Shown here piece by piece: positions 9,301-20,500 of a stretch of 49,419 nt of DNA. Source of the DNA: Craspedostauros australis (Eukaryota); the NCBI GenBank assembly GCA_030167865.1, contig JALAGF010005232.1, positions 1-49,419 on the forward strand, in the 5' to 3' direction. The notes under the pieces are model-generated. The model was given only the letters and a program-made list of their open reading frames with translations. It made no database searches and was not told where the DNA came from. The translations under genes were made by a program, and so were the position numbers. Each line of letters starts with the position of its first letter. The first letter of the stretch is position 1.

Positions 9301-10739
9301 TGCGCTGTGCGATGAAGGCCAAGCTGGAATTGGGAACGCTGGCATTGACGTTCGTGTACTTCGAGAGGCTGTGCCTGGACTGCCGTGTGGACAAGACCAA
9401 TCGCCGGCTGAGCTTCGCTGCCTGCCTCCTCCTGGCGATCAAGAGCAACGAGAGCCATGTGGCCCTCATGACCCACCGCCAGAATGAAGCAAAGCCCACC
9501 ACATCGCACAAGAAAGCATCGAGGAGGATCCAATCGCTCATCCGTCCCACGAAGAAGAGCAGCAGCATGTTTGCGTGCGTGCTAGAGTTCTTTACTCAGG
9601 ATTGGTCGCTGTCTCTGCAGCACGTCTTCGCAGCGGAATGGGGAGTGTTTGCGGCGCTGCAATTCCGCCTCCATGCCACGCCATCCCAAGTCGCATTCCA
9701 CTTCAAGCGCCTGCTGAAGATCATGAGCTGGGACGGTCGCAAGTACTTAGGTGCGGAGATGTACGGGTACTGGCAGGATGCACTGCTCGTGGAGGAGTAT
9801 CACAAAGCCCAGAGGGCCGTGCGCGAGGAACGGCGAGAAAAGCGCCGCAAGAACCACCGGTTGCTTCAGATTCAACGCGAGCTAGATGATGCAACCACTC
9901 GGCATGATGATGGCATCCCGGCCAGCATCGAGCGAGTCACCGACGATGCAGCAGCGACGGCAGAGATAGGAAATGCCAGCGGTTCGGACATCGAAACAGG
10001 TGCCGGCTCCAGAAGGCGCGGCAAGAACAGTGCCAACTCCCTGGGGAAACTGCACATACAGCAACATCTAAAGCTATACTCCGGCAAGGCTGAGGCGATA
10101 CCAGAAAAGAAGCCATCATCTTCAACAGGCGGAGCTGCTCCCGATCTGGAGGCGATGACGGACTACCAGTATGTCACCCCCACGAAGAGCGGCGAAAGCC
10201 AGCAGCAAGGCCATTCCGGGACGACGGCGATCGGGGCCGCGGCAGCAGCTGCTGCCTCATCGCTGTCGCTGACCTTCGGTTCGAAGATCCAGCGTCGATT
10301 TTCGAGCAGCGGCAACCTGACGGCGAGTCCACATCGGTCCACCAAACCAGCGACGCGGCTTCCCGCATTCAACAAGCTGTTCTTCGGCAAACGCAACGCG
10401 AGCTCCGACCGTCTGAACATCACAGTTGGAGGCACCGCAGGCACGCCGCCAGCAACATCGTTGGTGCCGTCTCCATCGTCGCCGGCATTGCTGATGATAG
10501 GCCGGCGGAAGCAATCGAAAACTGATGGCGCTGCTGCTGAAGACGGCGACGATGCTCGGTCGCAGGACCTGGAACAAGGAGTCGATCTCGAGGCAGCTAC
10601 ATCGAATCCAACAGTGATGCTGGGCCCCGACGAAGGCGAATTGGAGCTGGTGATCGGCGCGAACACCGCGTTTGCTTCGAGCGCAGCATCCTGCGCATCG
10701 TCCGGGGTCAGCAGCGGCAAGGGCGGGATCATCATCTGA
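6375..10739 (+). CDS. CABLES-like (CDK5/ABL1 enzyme substrate-like) cyclin-fold protein with long disordered regions
   Basis: 1454-aa ORF. Motifs AALDFLLNI, YVPGLLDDPEMVQGRHRNV, FVKPSLLKADLNQQFRDRF, LTLSKIRSIK, TFVYFERL, VDKTNRRLSFAACLLLAIK and AAEWGVFAALQFRLH match the CABLES C-terminal cyclin box. Confidence 0.82.
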   Translation: MDQMTTQTPESVAGSTNTPAAQDQAVDPNHNDDAANADMQTATADAGADAETQDEAKMEEDEGAQAPDDAAGHANDVDGLNNAQHATNLEQPTTEAQRTDGVVDANNRAPMQESLDKHSHGDGMSVVTHDLNETKRREGRPSMIHDLRRHRSRSTSALTKDLRINLDADDTPKASSNITSNISSNISSHIMAGTSTKQPTRKSAKQMGLRHSAASNLSLSRHSSKNAAPAAPRSSTLAQHEGSRQSSNLSQSVAAASAASSTTGVGNTSLGRQRVYRTVHVLKSKTKKSATAQGRSGHQPTVKWVTREIAALDFLLNIPMQAEQRIVSSGWLREQGYDPADYDDQPQPDNNKASIHAVNTEPHHAGDLATNYAFRKSTSDADNSIDASSHGVPGQPPRDAGDVDHDGMPKLQNDPRPAPVFHPTGRWWDKWIPYVASHTAGVLTSNADPTGRLLNQKDIEAGEAAELEQPDDKLDSTTPKSQLNPYTAAPNAPMSFAAAPMSQVPGRRLEGDIAVAVQIPLTVDTTVTRQRSVARQAAVRQWELRLAHGLQHQAPSPMNRGLVVLQNKQPQDNRGSMLDGRMFFAAAGGYPMGVYSILKYEPRKEEAILRRRKLEALGGGGTQFFAMPARDWRGISYRQLLVVVERRREDFAKQVGLAAGVDSGDSMADTTKRGPTPSLFNRFTRSNERGGTFASLSDSNKAADSDKDGIDDGEAHGSGKNKDPENNNNNNTNDDDGNDDGDDDDVSSLSSFDSQYDDDDYVPGLLDDPEMVQGRHRNVMIGDRDTGCIVSSTIQFVKPSLLKADLNQQFRDRFDGWEPPKSQRKYIGARVVDGVYTLMEPGEGENNNDDASTIITTNTETLDPTNVTATPSRRRKGSVGSVSSVNNPHGGGGGSIGNTGQGSESISKSGHKKKSSGRNAATNNNNSAGSVNNNSASNNNNANNDTNTKNKKDTKTIRIPPSLTLSKIRSIKMQALRCAMKAKLELGTLALTFVYFERLCLDCRVDKTNRRLSFAACLLLAIKSNESHVALMTHRQNEAKPTTSHKKASRRIQSLIRPTKKSSSMFACVLEFFTQDWSLSLQHVFAAEWGVFAALQFRLHATPSQVAFHFKRLLKIMSWDGRKYLGAEMYGYWQDALLVEEYHKAQRAVREERREKRRKNHRLLQIQRELDDATTRHDDGIPASIERVTDDAAATAEIGNASGSDIETGAGSRRRGKNSANSLGKLHIQQHLKLYSGKAEAIPEKKPSSSTGGAAPDLEAMTDYQYVTPTKSGESQQQGHSGTTAIGAAAAAAASSLSLTFGSKIQRRFSSSGNLTASPHRSTKPATRLPAFNKLFFGKRNASSDRLNITVGGTAGTPPATSLVPSPSSPALLMIGRRKQSKTDGAAAEDGDDARSQDLEQGVDLEAATSNPTVMLGPDEGELELVIGANTAFASSAASCASSGVSSGKGGIII

Positions 10740-10924
10740 TACCACGTGCAAATGCAAAGTACGAGTAGAGTATGCACGAGAATGTGCGAGTATGTATAGT
10801 ACAAGTGGTTGTTAGCTTGAGTCTTCGAATCTACTCTGGTACTGCGGAGAGAACGATGAAGCACTGGCTGGGCAAGTGGGCAGCAGTCTAACAGCTAGCT
10901 TGAGAAGAATTGAGTTCTGTTTGA

Positions 10925-11033
10925 TCACGTTGCAGAATGACGTCAATCGCAATGCACTTGCGTGTGCGAAAATGGGTGATGCGACACACGTGGGACGCGG
11001 AAAACTTGCATTGGACACATGACGTGGCACGTG
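10925..11033. promoter_or_regulatory. Cluster of ACGT-core elements (TGACGTCA, CACGTG x2, TGACGTGG)
   Basis: TGACGTCA 10938-10945, CACGTG 10987-10992, TGACGTGG 11020-11027 and CACGTG 11028-11033, upstream of the 11453 gene. Function is inferred only. Confidence 0.4.
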
Positions 11034-11452
11034 TGCCAAGTTCGAGAAGTTGAGAGAGAAATTGCACGCAATTTTGTGGTGCTTCGCCTCTCGTTGGTGT
11101 GGACTGCGTCGTTGTGTCCGTACGGCTGCGTGTGCACGAGAATTCAAAATTTGCGTTCGGTTGCGCTGTTTCGCCCGCCACATGGCCGTTGTTGTTGTTG
11201 CGTGCGCTCTCTCCATTCAAATCTCTTAGGTTGGCGCACTCACATTTCCGTCGATCGTGGACAGCGACACTCTGCTCTTGTTGTGCCCTCTCTCACTCTG
11301 AATACTTCTGAATACTCGTGAAGTATCACAGAGTCCGGACATCGTGGAAAATAGACTTCGGTTCCGCTCAGCTCAGCCCAGTCCAGTTGAGCTCAACTAA
11401 ACTCCATGCAGATCACCAACGACGTCGACTTGTACCAGCCATCGTGGCTTTC

Positions 11453-12613
11453 ATGTCATTTGTTGGATTGCACGACCACGTGTCTTCCCGAACCATCTCA
11501 GCATCGGCAGTAGCGTCAACATCCACAGGCACAGGCACGCATAACAACGGTGGCAACAACGGTGGCAACGACGGTGGCAACAACAAAAGCACAACCTATC
11601 ACAGTCACAACCACAGTCACAACCACAAGCATAACAGCAACCAGAGCCTCGACGTCCAACGATTCCTGTACTTCGTCTTCCAACAAGAGCAGCAGCGAAA
11701 GAGGACAGACCACATCGTCTCGTTGTTTCGCCACCGAGACTTCAACCACTGCGAATCCGACGAGGACAGCGACTACTCCTACGCCAGCCACTCGCTCATC
11801 TCCGACTTGGACCTTGAGAGCAGCGAGAGCGAAAGCGACGATCTGCGCATCACCCATCACGAAAGCAAGACGGACGACGACATGGCGCCGCACCGACTGG
11901 AGTTTGAACAACCACCGCAGGCGACGCCCGCATGCAGCAGCAGCACTGTGGCATCGCCGCGACGCCGATCCGTCGAGTTCTCCTCCAACAACGTCGTCTA
12001 TCCCATCGACCATTTTCGCGATTACTCGCCCGTGGAACAATCCAGCACATGGATGAGCCGGCAGGAACTCTATGCCGTGCGACGTGCCTGCATCGTCAAG
12101 GTCCAGCAGCTCGATCTCATCCACGCCGATGACGAAACTGCGGCGTCGCAAGCCGCCCCGCACGCGCCTCAGGAATCGGGCGAGCAGATGGAAGAGGAAA
12201 AGAAGGAAGGTTCGGACAGCAGTCCGGATGACATTCCTGTGGATGCCGGCGACAATGATGGTGGCAACAGCGCAGACCACGTCACTGCCAATACTGACAA
12301 TGACGATGACGATGACTGCGGCGTCGACAAGTCCTTGCGGGATTCCATCTCAAAAATGTTGATGCTGGAGAATGCCAACGTATCGCACGACGACATACGG
12401 GGCTTGGAGTCCTATACGCAATTCAATCTGCAACGCAGCAAAACAGCACGCGCCATGGCCAAGGAGGCAGTCTTTGGAATGCAGAAGTTTCAGAAATTCA
12501 AGGGCACCAACATGCCAGAGCTCATGGCCGAAGTCTACGCCAACAGCTGCACGGATTCCCTCAAGCAGGCGCAGGGCATGGCACAGTTGGACGCCGAGCA
12601 TGCGAGGCGGTGA
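11453..12613 (+). CDS. Hypothetical protein of a diatom-type family (SVxF...W..xxE...RGLE motif set)
   Basis: ORF of about 386 aa from the first ATG, with RRRSVEFSSNNVVYPI, STWMSRQEL, IRGLESY and AKEAVFGMQ...AEVYANSC...AQGMAQLDA. The start is uncertain (alternative ATG 11882). Confidence 0.7.
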   Translation: MSFVGLHDHVSSRTISASAVASTSTGTGTHNNGGNNGGNDGGNNKSTTYHSHNHSHNHKHNSNQSLDVQRFLYFVFQQEQQRKRTDHIVSLFRHRDFNHCESDEDSDYSYASHSLISDLDLESSESESDDLRITHHESKTDDDMAPHRLEFEQPPQATPACSSSTVASPRRRSVEFSSNNVVYPIDHFRDYSPVEQSSTWMSRQELYAVRRACIVKVQQLDLIHADDETAASQAAPHAPQESGEQMEEEKKEGSDSSPDDIPVDAGDNDGGNSADHVTANTDNDDDDDCGVDKSLRDSISKMLMLENANVSHDDIRGLESYTQFNLQRSKTARAMAKEAVFGMQKFQKFKGTNMPELMAEVYANSCTDSLKQAQGMAQLDAEHARR

Positions 12614-12971
12614 TCGTCTCGTCTGTCTGGCGTATAGTACAGAATGCTTGTATGCCCTGCACATAGGCGGTTGACAACCTAGCACTAACATACGATTCGA
12701 GTAATCCACGCATTTGTACAGCATGCAGCATTCTATCCTTCCTAACGCGTTGTGCGACATCAACAGCGGGCACAGATTTGGACGAGCCTTTTCCTTCTTG
12801 AGTCTCGGTCATGCATGTCGCCGCTGCCAGGCAGGCGAAGGCCTCGACGATGCACGTAACGCTGATCGCCCCAAGCGACTCTATCCTTCCAATACCGGGC
12901 GACATCATTGGGCTTCCCGAACAACCCCGACTCGTTCATACCTGTCCCTGTGAAATAACTGCTTCGTTCTT

Positions 12972-14940
12972 TCACACTCGTCCCTTCCGATCGCGGGCCG
13001 CACTGCGGAAGCATTGCTGGATCTTCTCGATCACTTCTTTGTCGCACATGATCTTGTAGTTGCTGCTACCTCTCACCTTGCGAAGGAACCGGCCGCCTCC
13101 ATCGCAGATCGTTTGCTGGATGTCGCGTACGATCTTCCTCTTCTCTCGTTCCATGCATGTGGCCCGGTAAGCTCCCAACTTGGAGGACACAGCCTCGAGA
13201 TAGATCTGGTTGCCTTGGTGCTTGTTCGCTTTCGTGCCCGCGCCTCCGATTACGTCATTCATCTTGACATCCCGCTCGCAAACGTACCCGGAAGGTGTGC
13301 AATCCGATGCAGCATCTATATTTGTTCCATTGGGGCTCTGTCCGCAGGCTTGCTGTGAATAAGGAATCTGTGCGCTTGCGAAAGGCGGAAAAGGAACTTG
13401 CATCGGCACGTCGCGATTTGCCAGGAACATGGCAGGAGTGGACGCTCCATCCAGTCGCTGCTCTGTTGGGGGCGATCCAAAGGAGGAGAATTGCAGATAG
13501 GTCGCCCCGCCACCGCGACCATCGCCGTCACGAGTATCATCCCGGCGAGTGATCTCGTTCAGCGATAACGAAGAGACGGAGGCATCCAGCGAGGATGCTT
13601 CTCCTGACTCCAGAGAGAGAGAGAAAGAGAGAGATTTCGCAATGAGATGGACGAGCAAAAGAATTGAGAAGTTGTAGTGGTTAGAGTCGCATGAGCCATG
13701 ATGTCGATAATGGCAAGGGGTGTGATCATGAGTTGGCGACAGGCAAACGCAAGTATATACTTGTACTCGTGACGTCAGGTATCATAGAGCACTGCAAGAA
13801 GAGTTGTTACCCCCCACAACCAACGAGCCCAACTGTCCAATGTCCAACGTTCGATGCCTGCCCCTCACCTTGATCCGCTGCAGTCCCTTCAGACATATCA
13901 AAGCTGAAAGGCGAAGTGCGAATGAAAGTCCCCCACAATGTAAGGAGCTCGTTGTCGGTGCAGACATCTCGCTGGTTTGCTTCATCGGCTGGATTCCGAG
14001 CCAAGCAGGTACGCTCATGAACGGAGAATGATAAATCAGTCCCCGTGGAGTGTATTGAATTCATCCTTGCGATGCCATCGTGTGGTCTTGGCTGAGGAGT
14101 GTTGTGCGACGATGTTTGCATGGCATCTAGTGAATTGTCTCTCTCTTGGGGAGCCGGCGCCAATTCTGGCTGCTGCTGTACATTCGACATTGGATGTTCC
14201 ATATGCAACAGCATCAAGAAGTCCAGAGGATCGGAGGCGGTACGTTGCAGCTCTTCGACAGTCGCAGGCGTCTTGTGGCGCTGGAAAATCACAGCGCTGG
14301 GTTTTGAATCTCGCGACGCGTGCTGTTGGGCATCCACTGACATGCCATCCGGTTGATTGTTGCTTTGTGGTGGTGCCGACGCCGCATGAGTGGCGACGTC
14401 TCGATTCCGCCAAGAATCCCCGCGGCTGACCGCATCTGCCCTTGCAGCCGAGAACGATTTGTTGAGGATCGTGGAGACTCCCTTCTTCTTGATGCTCGCT
14501 GCGACCTTGGAGCCAGTGATTTTGAACATATTGTGGCTGGGATCAGCAGTAGGAGTCGGGGAGTCTTGGATACGAGCGCGGCCTTCGCGATGGCTTTTGC
14601 GATGGCAATAGGTATCCTCCTCACAGCGCTCCGAATGAATCTCGCCTTCACGAGCCTGGTGATCGTCTTGGCGTGTCCTGTCCGGGTGCCTTGGCGCCAA
14701 TTGTGGTCTGTTTTGGTCGCAGCTGGTGTTCCTACCTCTTGGATCCTCGGCGACAGAAGTGTCGCAGCTGCTTTCGCTGTCGCTCTTCCTATTGCTATTC
14801 CTGTTGCTGTTCTTGTTGCTGTTCTTGTTATTGTCTCGGGTCGCAGTACGAGTAGCAGGGGTACGAGTAACCTCAGTTGGATGGATGATATCCCGTCTTT
14901 GGTCACAGTCAGAGTTCTCTGGCTTTGCGTCCATCTGCAT
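12972..14940 (-). CDS. Spliced DUF6824-domain protein (exons 14940-13869 and 13603-12972)
   Basis: Donor CAAG|GTGAGG at 13869/13868. A (CT)n pyrimidine tract and CAG acceptor end at 13604. The phase-1 join is in frame (DQ-G-EASS). C-terminal DVIGGAGTKANKHQGN...EKRKIV...GGRFL...EKIQQCFR is DUF6824-like. The start is uncertain. Confidence 0.7.
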
Positions 14941-16222
14941 CCAACATGAATCTTGGTGCCTTCGATGGATCTGTGGAGCCACGAGTACGTATGGTGAAAT
15001 AGGACTCTTGTTGTGCTATATCAATGCTCTTGGTCGACGGAGGCACGAGTTGCGATCACAAGGATGCGGTCCGGGTGTACTCGCACTCGCACTCGTGTAG
15101 CATAGTGCATCGCAGTGTACAAGCAGAGCACCACATTGCATCATGGGATCCATCGTGTTTCGGCCTCTCCTGCTACCCGCACGATCGACGATCTGCGCAG
15201 CCGTTGAGGTGAGTGGCCTTGTCCCCTTGATAACGACACTTGAGAACTCTTCGTTCCCATCCACCGCAGAGGCGCCTCTCGGCGATCGCTGGCTGGGTTG
15301 GTCGCAGAGCGTTCGGATGACAAGCTCCAAACGAGCATAGCCCCCACGGTCGTGGATAGATCGAACTACACGAGGGCACATTGTACTTCTCTACCTCAGT
15401 TGTCATCGTATCATTGGCCGTCCACGTCTCGACCGAGGAACGCAACACAGATTCTGAAATGAAAATGAAAGTGCACATCTGGGCGCAACAGCCGGGGGGT
15501 TGTTGGGATGTTCTGTTGTGACTTGCACTTGCATTTTCACTCCAGACCCTGTGCCCTCGTGTTGTTTCAAACACGCAGATCACCATCATTGTTCTCCCCC
15601 TTCCTCCCATGGTCTTCGTGAGAATGTGTATCATCACGTGGTAGGCGCAGACGAGCCACAAAAGCAAGGCATCAGGCCGTGCACCATTCGCTTCGCATCT
15701 GCAGAACATGCTCTCTCTGTGGCGGTATGCGACCAAACACGCCACCGTCAGCCGTGTTCAGAACATCAGAATTTTGTCTTGTGCGAACTTGCTTCCGGCA
15801 CGTTGCCGTGGTCGGAGGCGATGTCGAATTCGCAAACGGATGGAAATTCTGATCGCGATTCTCCGAAAAAGGTATCTTTGGAGGTCACAACTGACCTCTT
15901 CCTTGACACCAAACACGCGGAGAAATCTTCGTGTTTGCTGGCGATGGCAGGAACCAGCAGAGGTGGAGCAACAGCGGCGGCTGCGACGAAAGCAGAATCA
16001 GAAACGACGGCAACTGGATGTGTGTTGTGACCACCAGAACCAACACACAACTTCAGGTTGGCTTGAATTTCCAATGACTTTTGGTCACAGATCACCAAGT
16101 CAGTCGCAGGTGCCGCAGTTGTAGGCATCATCTCTTCGTTCCCTCATCCCGCCTCACTACTACGGCGCGGGTGTGACCATACACGTGCAAGTGGCCGGCC
16201 AAACACGGGTGGTATTGACACC

Positions 16223-17257
16223 ATGATTGGTAGATTCTTCCACCGAAGCTTTCGCATCGGGGCAGCTGGTCGCCGAGCCGAAGAAAGTCCGCCGCAGCCA
16301 TCACAGCTTTCAGATTGTGATCTATCCATCGACGAGGAGTCCCTGGGGCGAGACTTGGACATCCTGCAATCGACATTTCGAATGAACTCGAGGCACAGCA
16401 AATGTTCCACGGCCACTCCGGAACGGCGCATCCTGCCGGAAGTGCTCATCTCAGGTGGCTCTCGTCCATTCACGACAAACAGCAACATCAGTGGCAGCAG
16501 CGGCGGCGGCCGCGGCAGCGACGCCTCCAACAACCATCCATGCCACACACATCTTTCATTGAGCTGCACGAGTGGTGCTTCATCTGATGGCAACGCCCGT
16601 ACCGAACGTGTACGCCAAGTGAGTGATGACAGCAAGCAAAACAATCATGAGCGATCATTCTTCTTTTTCACCGATGAGATGGACTGCGAAACGAACGTCC
16701 ATGATGGCGTGAGCGACGTCATCTCATGCATGAGCGACGATGAAATCCACACTGGTGGCATAGAAGTCGAGCTTCCCATCACCCGCGAACTATGCAATGG
16801 TTCCAATGAGGAGGAGATGGTAGATGACGATCACACAGCAGGATCCATGAGCAAACCCCTATCGTTACCCATGATGCGAGTGTCGTCAAGCCACTCCGTC
16901 GTGTCATCCTCCATCTCGTCCGTATCTTCGCGTGCTTCCCTCTTGGTGGAAAGGCAGGACGCTGACGTTCTGTTCGGCAGAGGGACCCGCAGCAACCGAC
17001 ATCCCGGCAACCAGATCTTTCTGAGAGATGTCCAACGGGAGCTAGACAACCACATGAATGCGCCGGGAACCAAGGCCAAGCGCAGGATCTGCGCAGCAAT
17101 CATCAAAGCAACTCGCAAACGCCAGGGTCGCTTCCTCCAGTTCGACGACAAGAGTTCCCTGTGGCGGAATGTCTCGTCCTCCCGAACACGCAAGAAGGTG
17201 ACGCAGGCCTTCCGTTCCTTTCGCAAACAGAGAAATCGAGCCTGCTCAAATAAATAA
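16223..17257 (+). CDS. DUF6824-domain protein
   Basis: 344-aa ORF with a Ser-rich N-terminus, then DVLFGRGTRSNRHPGNQIF...AKRRICAAII...QGRFLQ...WRNV...RKKVTQAFR. Confidence 0.8.
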   Translation: MIGRFFHRSFRIGAAGRRAEESPPQPSQLSDCDLSIDEESLGRDLDILQSTFRMNSRHSKCSTATPERRILPEVLISGGSRPFTTNSNISGSSGGGRGSDASNNHPCHTHLSLSCTSGASSDGNARTERVRQVSDDSKQNNHERSFFFFTDEMDCETNVHDGVSDVISCMSDDEIHTGGIEVELPITRELCNGSNEEEMVDDDHTAGSMSKPLSLPMMRVSSSHSVVSSSISSVSSRASLLVERQDADVLFGRGTRSNRHPGNQIFLRDVQRELDNHMNAPGTKAKRRICAAIIKATRKRQGRFLQFDDKSSLWRNVSSSRTRKKVTQAFRSFRKQRNRACSNK

Positions 17258-17548
17258 GTAAAGGACTATAATATGTAACAAAAGGATTACAATACCTCTG
17301 TAGGCATCTACGCCGTAGGAGCTTGTCTCCGCCTCCTTCCAACTTCTCGCATCGCGGGAAGGGGGGCGAGGGATCGTACTCGTATGTATCTGGCTGGGGC
17401 CTGCTGGCCTTCCGCGTGCGCTCAGCCTCGCCAAGCCTGCTCACTCAGTTTCAACGATCCAAGCAGTCCTAGACTACTAGAGGATGAATCATTTTAGGTA
17501 CTCCAGTGTATGTGAGTCCAATCTCCCAAACTATTATTCTATCTTCCC

Positions 17549-20500
17549 TTACGATTTCCTTGATTTCTTCTTGCTGGCAGCCTTCCCGCGCAGGATTCGT
17601 CTCGCCATCGCCATGCATTCGTCCAGCTGCGTTGCGATCTCACGGGACATCCCAATCGCGCTCCCATCGTCCGGGAGGGTTTCGGTGAACGGGATGGCGT
17701 CGTTCATGTTGACCACACGTAACGCTCCCATCTCGCCACATAGCGAAACAAGGCATTTCTCGAGCCTCGCTAACGAATCTGCAATCTTCGGGTCTCGTGC
17801 CGTACACTTTCGCGCTGGCCACCACGGGTAGTTCTCGCACTTGGCGAGGCAGAACTCATCTGTGAAGTCGACGTACGTCCACACCTCTGAGACGTCCGCG
17901 CCTGCGGCAACGCCTCTGCCCTTCTTGGTCTTCTTCGTCGCGGCTCTCTCCCACGACGACAGAAGCTTCCGCAGGTTGGCTCTTTCGGAATGGAGCTTGT
18001 CCAGCTTCTGCTTCGCCTTGCTGGAAAAGGCGGCTGTCAGAGCGGCGAGCTTGGACAGCGTCTTCGCGAATTTGACGGAGTGAATCCAATCGGCACGGTT
18101 GCAATCCTCATGCCCGTCCAAGCTTGCATTCATGATGATAGCCTGCGCGGAGAGGGCAGATGAGAGACCCGTTTCGTTGCCCTCCCGCGCCCGAGCGTTG
18201 TTTTCACCTTCGCGCGCAGCTTCGTCGGCATCATCTTCCATGGCGTTGTTGTCGTTATCGTCGTCACTGCCACCACGTGTTTCGCCGTCATCGACCTTCT
18301 CGTACCCGCCAAACTCCTCCAAAATCTCCAACGCTGCTGCCTTGCAGGCACCTGCAGCTTCAGGATGGAACTCAAGCAATGCTACCTTCAGACGTTTCAC
18401 CACATGCGTGTTGTGCGCCTTGCGCGCAGATGTTAGCGCGTTCACGACCCCATCGCGAACCTTTGCGTGGTAGCGTGCTTGGATAGTCTTCAACGGGTGG
18501 ATGAACTTCTTCCATGCATTCTTCAGCGCCTCCGGGTCGTCATTCGCTGCCTTGCCCTCCTTCTCATCATCATCATCATCATCATCGATGATCGACATGT
18601 TGTCATCCGCATCGTCAGTATCTTGGGTGGCCATCTTGAGGCCCGTGATCTGGAAGACTCGCCCCTCCAGATCAAGCAACGGTTGCTTCAAGGTCGTCAA
18701 GGCGCTGGTCAGCGTCGATTGATCGATCTTGCGCCGTTGCGAGGCCGATTCCATGCGCACGGGCGTATCCGGTGCTGACGAGGCATTTCGTTTCGTCGGC
18801 GTTGTGCCCGATGATCCCGCGCCGGCAGACGCAGTCGACGATACAGAATCCCGTCGCCCGTTGGCCGATGTGAACTTCTCTGGCATGGGACCTAGCATCG
18901 GGACATGAATTGAGTGCCATGTGTGGATCAAGGTTTCGAGGTTGCCGATCCAATCCTGACGCGACACATCGGTGCGTCCCCACGGGGCTAGCGACTCCAC
19001 GATGCCTTCCAGCTCGACCATATCTGAGACGATGCGTCCCACGATCCCGGAACCATCGATGTGACCTGTCGGCCACAGCGTGCTGCACAAGAACTTGGGC
19101 ATTGTCCATTCCTTCTCGGGTATCTCAACGACATTCACGGGCTTCTGTGCCTTGCTTTGCTGTCGCGTCTCGCGCCGCACCGTGCGTCGTCCCAGCCGCT
19201 CTTCTCTCGAGCCTTCATCAAACGTCCGCATCATGTGGAGGCCTGTCGCGTCTTCGTAATCATCGATGACCGGGACAGGAAACATGGCGGCGCCCTTCTT
19301 GGATTTCTTCTTCTTGCCCGCATCCTCTTCCTTTTGTGCCTCCACCTCCTTTTTCAGTTGCTCCAGCTCGCTCAGGAGCACCGCCAGTTCGTTCTCGAGC
19401 TGCAACGCTAGACGACCCGACCGCCGCCCTGTGTCCTTCTTGCTCTTGGCGTTGTCGTACTTGCGTTGCATTTCTTGCAAGTCACGTATCTTGGCGCGCT
19501 TGTTTTGCTGCTCCTTAACATCATCCTTCACGTGCCTTCGCAATGGGAGTATCGCATCTCGCAGCTCCAGCTCGCGCTGTCCACGTTCGTCCAAGGATTC
19601 CAAGAAGGTGTTGAGACGCGATCGCTTTTCAATGATGTGCCATGAGCACTTGCTGGGAATCAGATCATCGGGCAGCAGTCCAGCACCGTAGAGCCGTGGC
19701 TTGCCGTACATGTTCTTGACGTAGAAGCAATCCAGTCCATCGAAATAGTACACCTCAGAATGGTTGCGATCCGTGCCGATCGGTCCGCTGCGGCAAACGA
19801 GCGTTCGGCAGGTCTTGTCGTACGCATCCTGGGCCTTCAGCTGCGCCTTCAGAGAAGCCTCGAGCTGGTTGGGTGGGATGTACTTGGCCGGCGGACCCTT
19901 CGTCGGTTTCCTGCTCAAGGCCATGGCCAGTTCCTTCGCCATCGTGGCAGCAGTGATAGCGCCACTGCCACTTTCAACCTCCATCGGCGTCACGCTTCCG
20001 CTGCCATTGGCCGGCGTTGACCCACTGGCGGCTGCGGCCGCGGCAGCAGCAGCCGCTGCTTTGTTGGCCTTGCGTTCCTGCTCCCTCTTCGCGGTTTCAA
20101 ATCGTTGGTTGGCCCACGACAGCTTCTTGTGGTTGGCTTCGGCCGCGCGCTTTTGCTTCAGCATCTCGTACGTTGTCTCCATGCGATCATTGACCGCCTT
20201 CTCCAACCAGGTTTGCGTTGACAGAAGATCATCCACCAGCATGCGCAGCAAGGACATGAGTTCCTGAGCGGAGAGCATCCACGGATCGTAGGAATGCAAC
20301 CGGCGCAGCAGCTCCATCTGTTCTTTGTGCAGGTACGTCGAGCTCTCCCTCTGCTCGTGCTGCAGCTCATTGTCCGAGCGTCGCGTGTCCATCTTGCCCA
20401 GGAGGTAGTCGGTATCGACCGGCAGACCAGGCAACACCTGTTCCACTGAGTTGGTAGCGGTTGCAGATGCGGGGTTGTTGGAGCTGGTGATACCGACCAA

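Noticed and set aside
8654..9568. 304-aa minus-strand ORF
   Set aside because: Antisense shadow of the CABLES-like CDS.
15016..16131. Short ORFs between the two DUF6824 genes, including a possible upstream exon from ATG 15821
   Set aside because: No recognisable motifs, and I could not establish a convincing in-frame splice.
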